Assembly: GCA_937960415.1 (NCBI GenBank)
Contig: CALGPK010000031.1
Span: 36,119-100,118, forward strand
Direction of reading: 5' to 3'
DNA: 64,000 nucleotides
DNA from: an uncultured Bacteroidales bacterium
GTDB lineage: Bacteria; Bacteroidota; Bacteroidia; Bacteroidales; GWA2-32-17
Below the pieces are notes generated by a model. The model was not told where the DNA came from, did not search any database, and saw only the letters and a program-made list of their open reading frames with translations. The translations under genes were made by a program, and so were the position numbers. How positions within the stretch are numbered: the first letter of the stretch is position 1; each line of letters starts with the position of its first letter. Shown here piece by piece: positions 47,954 to 57,195 of the stretch.

Positions 47954-48508
47954 TTAATTTTCGTTTATTAAATCTTTTTCAATTTCTTCCATCATTTGCT
48001 GCTGTGATTTGCCCGATTTCTTAACAAAAGCGGCAATAATTAATGAAAAAGTAGTACCCCAAAATGTATATGAAAAAATAGTTCCTAATGCCATTGTTGT
48101 AGGATTAGTTAACCTTTTAGCTAATTCTATAGCCATTTCTATTTGCTCTTCGCTCATGCCCTTATCGGACAATTGTTTTCCTTGTAGTTCGATCATTTTG
48201 TCCAATTCGTCGGGCGCTATAAATTTAAAAAACATAAAAATGTAAAAAGCTACAACAATTGACATAAAAAGACTTATGAGTACCCCCGAACCAACCGAAC
48301 GACCATAAGATATAATACCATTGGAATATTGATCACGATAATACTTTGTTCCAATAAAAATAAAAAAAATAAGCACCAAAAACAAGACTATCGAATTGAA
48401 CCAGGTCGATGTTAAACTCAACAAATAAAGCAGCAATGAAAGAATAATAATAACCAGACCACATAAAGCACCAAAATTCATTGAATTTTTCAAAAAACTG
48501 TTTTTCAT
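47954..48508 (-). CDS. DUF4199 family membrane protein
   Basis: Start set at ATG 48508 (MKNSFLKNSMNFGALCGL). Four TM segments. Typical partner of the adjacent GT2 gene in Bacteroidota. Confidence 0.6.
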   Translation of the reverse strand: MKNSFLKNSMNFGALCGLVIIILSLLLYLLSLTSTWFNSIVLFLVLIFFIFIGTKYYRDQYSNGIISYGRSVGSGVLISLFMSIVVAFYIFMFFKFIAPDELDKMIELQGKQLSDKGMSEEQIEMAIELAKRLTNPTTMALGTIFSYTFWGTTFSLIIAAFVKKSGKSQQQMMEEIEKDLINEN

Positions 48509-48564
48509 ACCGGTGATATTTTTGCAAATATAATGGTTTTGAAGGAAATATGTAACTTCGAATG

Positions 48565-49314
48565 TCAATAAGTTGAATTTTTAATGAAATAACGAATAAT
48601 AGCCATAACTATATAAAGCCAAATAACCAAAGGAATGCTATAATATTTTAGCACAAGTATAATCATTATCGACAATATTAAGAACACATAACGCCATTTA
48701 TTCTCTTTCCATGACAAGTTTTTAAATTTTAATGAAAAAAAAGGCAAAGGCAAAACCAGCAAAAAAGAATGAATCAAAGTAACCATTAAAAGATTTCTCA
48801 AATTTAAAATTATAAAAAAAGCTGCCAAACTATATTGACTTAACATAATGGGCAACCATGCAAAAAACAACGCATTAGCAGGAGTAGGCAGTCCAATAAA
48901 GTCGGTAGTTTGCCGTTCGTCGATGTTGAACTTTGCCAATCTTATGGCCGAAAAAATTACCAACATCAATGGTACAACTAGAATAATAATATTTCCTATT
49001 GTTATATCATCTGCCTCAATATGCGTAATGAGGAGTACTGATTTAAAAAAAGAAAAAACAATAAATGCTGGTGCCACTCCAAAACTAATTAAATCGGCTA
49101 ACGAATCGAGTTGCTTACCTATATCGGAATAGGCTTTTAACAAACGAGCCATTAAACCATCTAAAAAATCAAAACATGCTGCTATAAAAATAAAAACTCC
49201 AGCCCACACCGGATAACCTTCGAACATAGCAATAATAGAACATAACCCACTCAATAAATTGCCTATAGTTAAAAGATTGGGTATATTTTTTTGTAACAGG
49301 TAAACAAATCTCAT
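48565..49314 (-). CDS. pssA: CDP-diacylglycerol--serine O-phosphatidyltransferase
   Basis: CDP-alcohol phosphatidyltransferase motif DFLDGLMARLLKAYSDIGKQLDSLADLISFGVAP. Confidence 0.85.
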   Translation of the reverse strand: MRFVYLLQKNIPNLLTIGNLLSGLCSIIAMFEGYPVWAGVFIFIAACFDFLDGLMARLLKAYSDIGKQLDSLADLISFGVAPAFIVFSFFKSVLLITHIEADDITIGNIIILVVPLMLVIFSAIRLAKFNIDERQTTDFIGLPTPANALFFAWLPIMLSQYSLAAFFIILNLRNLLMVTLIHSFLLVLPLPFFSLKFKNLSWKENKWRYVFLILSIMIILVLKYYSIPLVIWLYIVMAIIRYFIKNSTY

Positions 49315-49400
49315 GCAATAATTTTTGCAAAAATATGTTTTTATATGGTATTATATGAAAAAATGTTCAACTTTATTTAACTTTGAATAATTTTTAGAGT

Positions 49401-50468
49401 ATGACTGTAAAGTTTATTTTCATAACTGGTTATTTGATGGCAATCAATATTTTACTAATTGCACAAAAATACAGCAACGAGTTTTTGCAAATTGGTGTAG
49501 GCGGACGTGCTTTATCGATGGGAAATGCTGTGGTTGCAAGTTCCGATGACATTTATTCTACTTACTGGAATCCCTCGGGATTACTCGGCTTGCAACACAA
49601 TGTTTCGCTAGGTCTCATGCATTCTTCGTATTTCGGTGGATTGGCTGCATACGATTTTGGTGCTGCTGTCATTAAAAACTCCGACTCATCGGCATTTGCT
49701 ATTAGCGTGTTGCGGTTTGGCGTCGATGACATACCCAACACACTTGATCTGGTAGATGCCAATGGCAATTTCGACTTTTCTAAACTTCGGTCTTTTTCGG
49801 TTGCCGATTATGCTATTTTGTTTAGTTATGCCCGTAAATTCAACAAATATCCAAATATTGACTGGGGAGCCAACTTAAAAATCATCCGCCGAATTGTTGG
49901 CGAGTTTGCATCGGCCTGGGGGTTCGGGTTCGACTTATCGGTACGTTATACCTATCAAGCGTTTATTTTGGGAGCTACACTCCGCGATGCTACATCAACG
50001 TTTAATGCATGGACTTACAACACCGAAACCTTCGAAGAAGCATTTATTAAAACCGGAAACGAAATACCTCAAAATGGCTTAGAAATAAACCGCCCCAGAT
50101 TGATTACCGGTATAGCATACGATTATCCCATTAAAGAAAAGTTTTCGATTTTAGGAGAAGTCAATGCTGATTTTACATTCGATGGAAAACGTAACACCTT
50201 AATTAAAAGTTCATTTGCTAGCATAGACCCACATGTCGGAGTAGAATTATCGTACTTAAAAAAATTTTTTATCAGAACCGGTATCTTCAATATCCAACAT
50301 GTCGTCAATGCTTCTGGTAAAAATGTGTTAAATATACAGCCTTCGATAGGTGCAGGAATAAGGCATAAATCATTTGCCATTGACTATGCCTTTACCGATA
50401 TTGGCAACGCATCGGCAGCCCTTTATTCGCATGTTATCAGCATACGTTTTGGTCTAGAACGGAAGTAG
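49401..50468 (+). CDS. PorV/PorQ-family (FadL-like) outer-membrane beta-barrel protein
   Basis: N-terminal IGVGGRALSMGNAVVASSDDIYSTYWNPSGL motif typical of PorV/PorQ-like barrels. TAACTTTG box at 49377-49384. Confidence 0.5.
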   Translation: MTVKFIFITGYLMAINILLIAQKYSNEFLQIGVGGRALSMGNAVVASSDDIYSTYWNPSGLLGLQHNVSLGLMHSSYFGGLAAYDFGAAVIKNSDSSAFAISVLRFGVDDIPNTLDLVDANGNFDFSKLRSFSVADYAILFSYARKFNKYPNIDWGANLKIIRRIVGEFASAWGFGFDLSVRYTYQAFILGATLRDATSTFNAWTYNTETFEEAFIKTGNEIPQNGLEINRPRLITGIAYDYPIKEKFSILGEVNADFTFDGKRNTLIKSSFASIDPHVGVELSYLKKFFIRTGIFNIQHVVNASGKNVLNIQPSIGAGIRHKSFAIDYAFTDIGNASAALYSHVISIRFGLERK

Positions 50469-51665
50469 ATGAATAACGTTAGCAATGTTGCATTTGTTTT
50501 TGTTGTTTGCGGAAGTAAGGAACATATCACAACATTAAATTTTTCATTACAAGCGTTAAAAAAATTTACCCAACACGAAATTATTGTAGTTACAGATTCA
50601 CAAAGAAACGAATCTGAAATACAGCACCATCAGATAATTGATGTACACACACCTGCACACTATACTCACCATCAGGCAAGTATTTGGCTCAAAACCTCGC
50701 TTCATCGAATATTACCTGCCAACAAACTTTATGCTTATCTCGATAGCGACGTTATAGCTCTTAACAATAATTGCAACCGAATTTTCGAATTTTACAGGCC
50801 TCCCATTACGTTTGCAAAAGATCATACAAGCATTCAATACTTCAGTCCTTATGCTCTTAATTGTAAGTGTTATGATAATTTTCTCGACGATAAAAACCAT
50901 TTGGAAACAGCTTTAAGAAGAGCATTGAAACATTCAAACTACCCCGGACAATATTCTAATAGACATTACAGAGAATTACTTAAATATCTTCACGAACTAA
51001 CTTATAATAAATTATCACTTTTAAAACTTGTTATTTCAATCCCATTATCCTTTCTATTCCCATTTCATCTTAAAAAAAATATTGTTTTAGACAGCAAACA
51101 CAAACGATGGATTATAAACAAGCAGTTTGATTATCCAGTATTACTTTTATATAGAAAAAAAATAAAAAAAGAAGGTTATGTATTCTCATTTAAACAACAA
51201 AACTGGTTTAGCATTGCTGGTAATCACTTTGTAAAAAAGAACCGATGCAACCACCTAATTCAAGCCATACAAGAAACTTTTTTTATTGGTGTGGCCAATA
51301 ATTTTCAGCACTGGAATGGCGGTGTCTTTCTTTTCGACCATAACTCTCATGCTTTTCTTGAGCAATGGCACCAAAACACTCTTACAATTTTTTCCAATCC
51401 ATACTGGAAGATACGCGATCAAGCCACGTTAATTGTAACTGCCCATCAGTTTGGTTTACAAAATCATATTACTCTTCCCGAAGAATTTAACTTTATTGCC
51501 GACTTTTACAAACCATACATATATCCACATTCTCAAAAAGTTAATAGTTTTTTTAAGAGTAATAAAATTATTAGCCCCTCCTTTATACATATCTATCACC
51601 ATTTTGGCGATAAAGAATGGGATGTATGGCAACGAATCGAGCAAATTCTCGGAATCACTACTTAA
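50469..51665 (+). CDS. Hypothetical protein, possible GT-A fold (GT8-like) glycosyltransferase
   Basis: VAFVFVVCGSKEH, YLDSDVIAL (DxD-like), WNGGVFLF (resembles the NSGV motif of GT8). Starts immediately after the upstream stop. Confidence 0.4.
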   Translation: MNNVSNVAFVFVVCGSKEHITTLNFSLQALKKFTQHEIIVVTDSQRNESEIQHHQIIDVHTPAHYTHHQASIWLKTSLHRILPANKLYAYLDSDVIALNNNCNRIFEFYRPPITFAKDHTSIQYFSPYALNCKCYDNFLDDKNHLETALRRALKHSNYPGQYSNRHYRELLKYLHELTYNKLSLLKLVISIPLSFLFPFHLKKNIVLDSKHKRWIINKQFDYPVLLLYRKKIKKEGYVFSFKQQNWFSIAGNHFVKKNRCNHLIQAIQETFFIGVANNFQHWNGGVFLFDHNSHAFLEQWHQNTLTIFSNPYWKIRDQATLIVTAHQFGLQNHITLPEEFNFIADFYKPYIYPHSQKVNSFFKSNKIISPSFIHIYHHFGDKEWDVWQRIEQILGITT

Positions 51666-54600
51666 ATGCTATTTCAGGTAGCCCATCACCGGATAATTTT
51701 AGGCGATCAAAGTAAGATGGTACAGCTTTGCCAGAAATTTTATCGACATACAATTTGGCCAGATACTGACTAAGCATAAATCCGTGTCCACGTAATCCTA
51801 CGAATAAACCCAGTTCGGGATCTATAATATAACGTGGTTCGACATAATAACCCGACCAAACAGCCTGAAATCCAACCGAAGACAATTGAGGTATCCAGTT
51901 GACAAATATTTCAGCAACAATCTCAATAAAGTCTTTCGAATTTATTTTAAGATTCTTATCGGTTTCGATAAAATCGTTTGCTGGCGAGGCACAGCCAATA
52001 ATTTGTCCTGTTTCGGCAAGTTGCTGACCATACACAGCCGAAAAGCCTTTGTATTTTCTACGATCAATTAGCATATCAAGTGGTTTGCCATTATATCCAA
52101 GCATAGGCAATCGTCGAGTAATAAAAGCCTGATGTTTTACAGGATATAAACCTGTTTCGATACCTAATTTACGAGCAAATTCGTCTGCTCTGGGACCCAA
52201 GGCATTAACAAACAGTTCAGCTTCGATTTGATAATAATCTCCATCATGATGCTTGACCAGAGCTATATAATATCCGTTTTTTTCGACATCGAGTAATTGA
52301 CTATCTTCCCAAATAGTACCACCATGATCTGTACCAATGGCTCTCAACAGGTCGATAACAATACCCGGCGTTGCTTGCCAGCAATTGTTTGTTATAAGTG
52401 CAGCATGATAAGTATCGAGATTAGGATTAAAGTTGGGTGAAATATACTTAACAAAGTCGCCACGTTCGATTAAAAATGCATCGCTCCACTCGGTCGATTT
52501 TTTAAGTGCTTGATATGTTGCATCGTCGTGGGCAAAAGTAACATAACGTGTTTGTCTGAAATGAATATCTTTTATATTTTGTAATTCTTTAAAAATTTCA
52601 AGGTTATGCGATGCAATATCCGAAATCTCTGGCACTGTAAAAGCCGGACGACCTCCTGCTATATTTCGCCACGATGCTCCCCTATCGTAATTTAATAATA
52701 AAGGTTTGTAGCCTGCTTCAGCAAAATAACGATACAAAGCACTACCTGCAATACCACCTCCAGCAATAAGTACTGTGGTTTTAATTTTTTTTGGTTCTTT
52801 TTGTACTATAATTTTCTCTTTTTGACTTCGTGGATATAACTCACCCATTGTAAGTTGGTTCGATAAAGGACCACGGGGAGTTGCGTCACCAATTACCTGA
52901 ATATTGTATTTGAAGATAGATTGTTTCAATCGCTTAATACAACGCTTACCCCGACATGCACCCATTCCTAAACGCGTAATATGCTTAATCTCATCAACGG
53001 AAATATATTTGCGATTTCCAATTTCTTCTAATATTTCATCCATCGTAACATCGTCGCAGTGGCAAACGTACATCTTTTCGTTTATGCTCCCATCGTAATT
53101 TTTTATGCGTAATGGCTCTGGATAATCTTCCTTAACGATAAAACCTCTAACTGCTGTTAAAGCTTCGCCTTCGACGGTTAAAGATCGTACACGGGCTATA
53201 TTGGTTTTATTAGGTTTATACAAAATTTTTTCGATTATACCCTCACCGAGAATCTCTCCCTGATTATTGACCAAATAAACCTCTTTACCTTCTTCGGCAA
53301 AATACTCAATAGGTAAAAAGAGCCATTGTTTGTTTAAGTTATATCCAAAGATGGCTAATCCTGGACATTGATATACACAATCCATGCAGCCCACACATTT
53401 GTCGAAATCGATATGAGGCACGGTACTGGTCGAAGATTTCGAAATAGCTTTGTGTGGACATACAAAAGCACAGGGATTACATGCAAAGCCATATAAACAA
53501 TCAATTAACACAAAAGGTTTATTCATACGATTTTGATCAGGGAAAAAAGGAGCCTCCATGACTTTAACAGGATGCTGCTGCGAGTCGATATATTCTTTTG
53601 AGATTTCGAGATAATGCTGATAATTGTATCGTACCGACAAAGCTTCGAGGACTTCGTAAGCAGCTTGTTTACCTCGTAAAACGGCACTGGTACCTTCGCC
53701 AATTCTGATGGCATCGCCAACGCCATAGCATAATCGCCCAAATATTTCGTTGCCTTTAATGAGCAGCTGATCATCGGGAACTAAACCAGTACAAATGTTA
53801 ATAGCATCGATACCTTCAATAATTTTTTCTGTCCCTGGTATAGGTTCAAAGTTTTGGCATTGAGCTATGACTGCACCTACAATGCCAGTATATTTGCTAT
53901 TAGGAATAGCTTTAAGCAATATATGCGATGTAAGAATAGGAATACCCAAACGTCGCACACGATTTGCCTGCACGGGAAAACCTCCCTCACGAGGCTGAGC
54001 TTCGATAATCGCTACCACCTTTGCTCCGGCTTGCATAAGCTGATAAGAGGTTAAGTATCCAATATTTCCCGCACCTACCGTTAAAACACGTTTACCCAAT
54101 AGCGTAAACTCGTTGTTCATCATTTTTTGTACAACAGCTGCTGTATAAACTCCCGGCACATCGTCATTTTCAAAAGCTGGCATAAAAGGCACAGCTCCCG
54201 TAGCTACAATGAGTGCATCGGCTTCGACATAATAAATCTCCTCGGTTTGTATGTTTTTTACGGCTAATCGTTTCCCTTCAAGAATATCCCATACTGTTGA
54301 ATGTAGGAATATACCACTGCGATCGTTTCCTGCCAGTGTTTCGGCAATCTCAAAACCACGCATTCCACCAAATTTCTTTTCCTTTTCGAAAAAGAAAAAC
54401 TGGTGTGTTTGCATAATAAATTGACCTCCTATACGAGCATTATTGTCGATAACGATATTACTCACGCCATGTTGATTCAAAATTTCGCGAGCAGCTAATC
54501 CGGCAGGACCTGCTCCTATAATGGCAACCTGTGTTTTGTAAACATTGGTTGGCTTATCGGTTTTTAATGGAATAACCGATGGTTGATAATTGCGAGGAAT

Positions 54601-54876
54601 TTCGGAAACTTCTTTTACATCATCAACTTTGGTAATACAAATTCGACGAATGACACCATCTACAAGCATTTCGCATGCCCCACATTTTCCAATACCACAT
54701 TCAAGGCTGCGGTTTCGATTATCGAGACTATGCGAATGAACAGGGTACCCGGCCTGATGAAGAGCTGCAGCTATAGTATAACCTTTTTCGGTTTCAATAA
54801 CCTTACCATTGTATGTAAAGCTTGTTTTATCATTTTTTGGAACTTCTAAAATAGGGTGCTTCTGAATTTTTAACAT
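51658..54876 (-). CDS. Multidomain flavo-iron-sulfur oxidoreductase (2Fe-2S, FAD/NAD(P) reductase, 2x4Fe-4S ferredoxin, BFD-like 2Fe-2S, DAO-type FAD dehydrogenase)
   Basis: CGIGKCGACEMLVDG; IIGAGPAGLAA and VGAGNIGYL; CNPCAFVCP and CVGCMDCVYQCP; CHCDDV...GACRGKRC; VLIAGGGIAGSALY. All in one 1072-aa ORF. Confidence 0.8.
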   Translation of the reverse strand: MLKIQKHPILEVPKNDKTSFTYNGKVIETEKGYTIAAALHQAGYPVHSHSLDNRNRSLECGIGKCGACEMLVDGVIRRICITKVDDVKEVSEIPRNYQPSVIPLKTDKPTNVYKTQVAIIGAGPAGLAAREILNQHGVSNIVIDNNARIGGQFIMQTHQFFFFEKEKKFGGMRGFEIAETLAGNDRSGIFLHSTVWDILEGKRLAVKNIQTEEIYYVEADALIVATGAVPFMPAFENDDVPGVYTAAVVQKMMNNEFTLLGKRVLTVGAGNIGYLTSYQLMQAGAKVVAIIEAQPREGGFPVQANRVRRLGIPILTSHILLKAIPNSKYTGIVGAVIAQCQNFEPIPGTEKIIEGIDAINICTGLVPDDQLLIKGNEIFGRLCYGVGDAIRIGEGTSAVLRGKQAAYEVLEALSVRYNYQHYLEISKEYIDSQQHPVKVMEAPFFPDQNRMNKPFVLIDCLYGFACNPCAFVCPHKAISKSSTSTVPHIDFDKCVGCMDCVYQCPGLAIFGYNLNKQWLFLPIEYFAEEGKEVYLVNNQGEILGEGIIEKILYKPNKTNIARVRSLTVEGEALTAVRGFIVKEDYPEPLRIKNYDGSINEKMYVCHCDDVTMDEILEEIGNRKYISVDEIKHITRLGMGACRGKRCIKRLKQSIFKYNIQVIGDATPRGPLSNQLTMGELYPRSQKEKIIVQKEPKKIKTTVLIAGGGIAGSALYRYFAEAGYKPLLLNYDRGASWRNIAGGRPAFTVPEISDIASHNLEIFKELQNIKDIHFRQTRYVTFAHDDATYQALKKSTEWSDAFLIERGDFVKYISPNFNPNLDTYHAALITNNCWQATPGIVIDLLRAIGTDHGGTIWEDSQLLDVEKNGYYIALVKHHDGDYYQIEAELFVNALGPRADEFARKLGIETGLYPVKHQAFITRRLPMLGYNGKPLDMLIDRRKYKGFSAVYGQQLAETGQIIGCASPANDFIETDKNLKINSKDFIEIVAEIFVNWIPQLSSVGFQAVWSGYYVEPRYIIDPELGLFVGLRGHGFMLSQYLAKLYVDKISGKAVPSYFDRLKLSGDGLPEIAFK

Positions 54877-55034
54877 AACCGAAAATTTAATTATTGCAAA
54901 TTTTTCTACTTACACGTAAAAATACTATGATGTTTATCAGGTAACTAAAAAAGTTTAATGTTGATATATTATTCTTTGAATTGATGAAGTGAAAAATTAA
55001 ACGATTTGTATATTTGTTTCTAAAAAAAAATTTT

Positions 55035-55541
55035 ATGAAAGCATTTTTGTTGACCATTTTTTTTGCCATTAGACTATGTATATTTAGTCAGCAAATATTG
55101 GTAGAACCGGGTGCTTATTTTGCCATAAGCTTACAACCGAGCTCACAAGATATAATAACTTTTGCTATTGTTGAAATGAACGAAAAAGGCGAAATATATA
55201 ACCGTATTTTTTTAAATAGAACCAACTGGCTACGACAAATAGTAGGAATTCAGGAATCAATTGCCAACCCCGAGGGCAAGAATCTTATGAAGGAAGCAGG
55301 TATTGAAAGCCCCGACGTGGTAAAAGACTTGTGGAAGCTTCGATATGCCGAATTCCCTTACAGCACGAGCAACGAAAAAGGGTGGGCATCGAATCCTCGA
55401 AATCCTGGTAATGAGCAGATGAAGATGCTTAATCAATTCGGCATATACACGCTAAACGATTTCGTTGTAGGAGAAAAAGTCATACAACTACTGAAAGCCA
55501 TGGAAGATCCTCGCTGGGTTTCGGAATATCAGAGTCGTTAA
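55035..55541 (+). CDS. Hypothetical secreted protein (168 aa)
   Basis: ATG 55035 gives signal peptide MKAFLLTIFFAIRLCIFSQQ. TATATTTG box at 55009-55016. No family recognised. Confidence 0.45.
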   Translation: MKAFLLTIFFAIRLCIFSQQILVEPGAYFAISLQPSSQDIITFAIVEMNEKGEIYNRIFLNRTNWLRQIVGIQESIANPEGKNLMKEAGIESPDVVKDLWKLRYAEFPYSTSNEKGWASNPRNPGNEQMKMLNQFGIYTLNDFVVGEKVIQLLKAMEDPRWVSEYQSR

Positions 55542-56452
55542 TCTATTGGCTTTCGATAATCCATAAAATTATTTAAATAACGTTCACCTGTATCACAAAT
55601 AAATGTAACGATTCGTTTATCTTTATTTTCTGGTCGTTTGGCTACTTGTAAAGCCGCATGTACATTAGCTCCGGATGAGATGCCGCACAAAATGCCTTTA
55701 CGAGCAAGCATCATAGCCATTTCGAAGGCATCATTAGCCTGCATCGTAATTATCTCGTTGTATATTGTTGTATCTAAAATCTCGGGTATAAAGCCTGCTC
55801 CAATTCCCTGAATTTTATGTGGCGATGGGTTCCCGCCCGACAAAACCGGTGAATCGGAAGGTTCTACAGCAACAATGTAAATATTGGGGTTTTGCTCTCG
55901 CAAAAATCTACCTGCTCCGGTAATACTTCCGCCCGTACCTACTCCTGCAACTAAAATATCAACCTTCTGATGCATCTGCTGCCATATTTCAGGACCCGTC
56001 GTACGATAATGAACTAAAGGATTAGCCTTATTTTTAAACTGATAAGGAATGAATGCATAGGGCATTTGCGATGCAATTTCCTCAGCTTTTTCAATTGCTC
56101 CACGCATACCTTTCTCGGCTGGAGTTAGTATAAGTTTTGCACCATACATTTCGAGAATTTTTCGACGTTCGACACTCATACTTTCGGGCATGGTAAGCAA
56201 CAATTCGTACCCTTTAACAGCACAAACCATAGCCAATCCTATACCTGTATTGCCACTGGTTGGCTCTATAATGGTTGTACCATCTTTTACTAATCCTTTC
56301 TGCTCTGCATCTTCGATCATAGCCAGAGCTATGCGATCTTTTACTGAACCACCCGGATTGAACGATTCTAGTTTTAGAAAAAGGTTAAAACCTTCTATTT
56401 CCACTTCAATCAAAGGTGTATTGCCTATAAAAGATAAAAGATTGTATTTCAT
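55538..56452 (-). CDS. cysK: Cysteine synthase A (O-acetylserine sulfhydrylase)
   Basis: ATG 56452 (MKYNLLSFIGNTPLIEV). PLP lysine region NPGGSVKDR, TSGNTGIGLA, GVGTGGSITG. Confidence 0.9.
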   Translation of the reverse strand: MKYNLLSFIGNTPLIEVEIEGFNLFLKLESFNPGGSVKDRIALAMIEDAEQKGLVKDGTTIIEPTSGNTGIGLAMVCAVKGYELLLTMPESMSVERRKILEMYGAKLILTPAEKGMRGAIEKAEEIASQMPYAFIPYQFKNKANPLVHYRTTGPEIWQQMHQKVDILVAGVGTGGSITGAGRFLREQNPNIYIVAVEPSDSPVLSGGNPSPHKIQGIGAGFIPEILDTTIYNEIITMQANDAFEMAMMLARKGILCGISSGANVHAALQVAKRPENKDKRIVTFICDTGERYLNNFMDYRKPID

Positions 56453-56495
56453 AAAATTTTTTTTTGATTTTAATTGCAATTATAAACAATTTTTG

Positions 56496-56533
56496 GAAAA
56501 AAAAATCAGACATCGTTTTTTGATGTCTGATTT
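56496..56533 (-). terminator. Strong rho-independent terminator after the LTxxQ protein gene
   Basis: 10-bp stem ATCAGACATC (56505-56514) / GATGTCTGAT (56522-56531). On the minus strand it is followed by a run of 9 T (plus-strand A-run 56496-56504). Confidence 0.8.
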
Positions 56534-56556
56534 AATTTATTATTAAATACTAAATG

Positions 56557-57090
56557 TTAGTTTCTATGACAACAGCCCCTACCTTTCAATTCTTGATTGT
56601 CAGAAATTTTTCCTTTGCAGTTATCGCCACATTTTCCTTGACACCCCGTACCGCTTTGTTTCGAACAACAACCTCTGGCATCGAATACAACTTTTTGATT
56701 ATCGGTAAGCAGCGAACGAACAGCCTGACGATAAGCTTCGTGCTTTTTCATCATATCGTTTCTTAAAGCGGTAATTTCGTCGATGGTCTTATTGATAGCA
56801 GCATTGTCGGGTTTATCGGCAAGTTGTAATGTACGCAAATGAGCTTGCTTTTCGTTCAACAAAGCTTTTGTTTGATTCACTTCTTTCAAATGATTCTTTT
56901 GTAAATTGTTTATTTTCTTTTTTTGATCGTCGGTTAAATCGGGGATGTTGAAGTGCATTTTTTCATTACAGCACAAAATGTTATTAACCGGATCATCCAT
57001 TTTAGCAGTGGTTTGAGACCACAAAATACTGGCATTTGAAAAAGCCAAGACAAAAACTAGCAATAAAACACTCATCTTTTTCATATTCAT
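56557..57090 (-). CDS. Spy/CpxP/ZraP-type LTxxQ periplasmic protein with Cys-rich termini
   Basis: Signal peptide. Two LTxxQ motifs (LTDDQKKKI, LTDNQKVVF). Cys clusters LCCNEK and GCCSKQSGTGCQGKCGDNCKGK...GRGCCHRN. Confidence 0.65.
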   Translation of the reverse strand: MNMKKMSVLLLVFVLAFSNASILWSQTTAKMDDPVNNILCCNEKMHFNIPDLTDDQKKKINNLQKNHLKEVNQTKALLNEKQAHLRTLQLADKPDNAAINKTIDEITALRNDMMKKHEAYRQAVRSLLTDNQKVVFDARGCCSKQSGTGCQGKCGDNCKGKISDNQELKGRGCCHRN

Positions 57091-57195
57091 TTAATTTTTG
57101 AGTTAATCTACTAATTAGATATAATAAACGATAATAAGTTTAATTGAGCATAAATTTTTTTTTACAAAAAGTTCTACATACTGAAATATAAGCAT

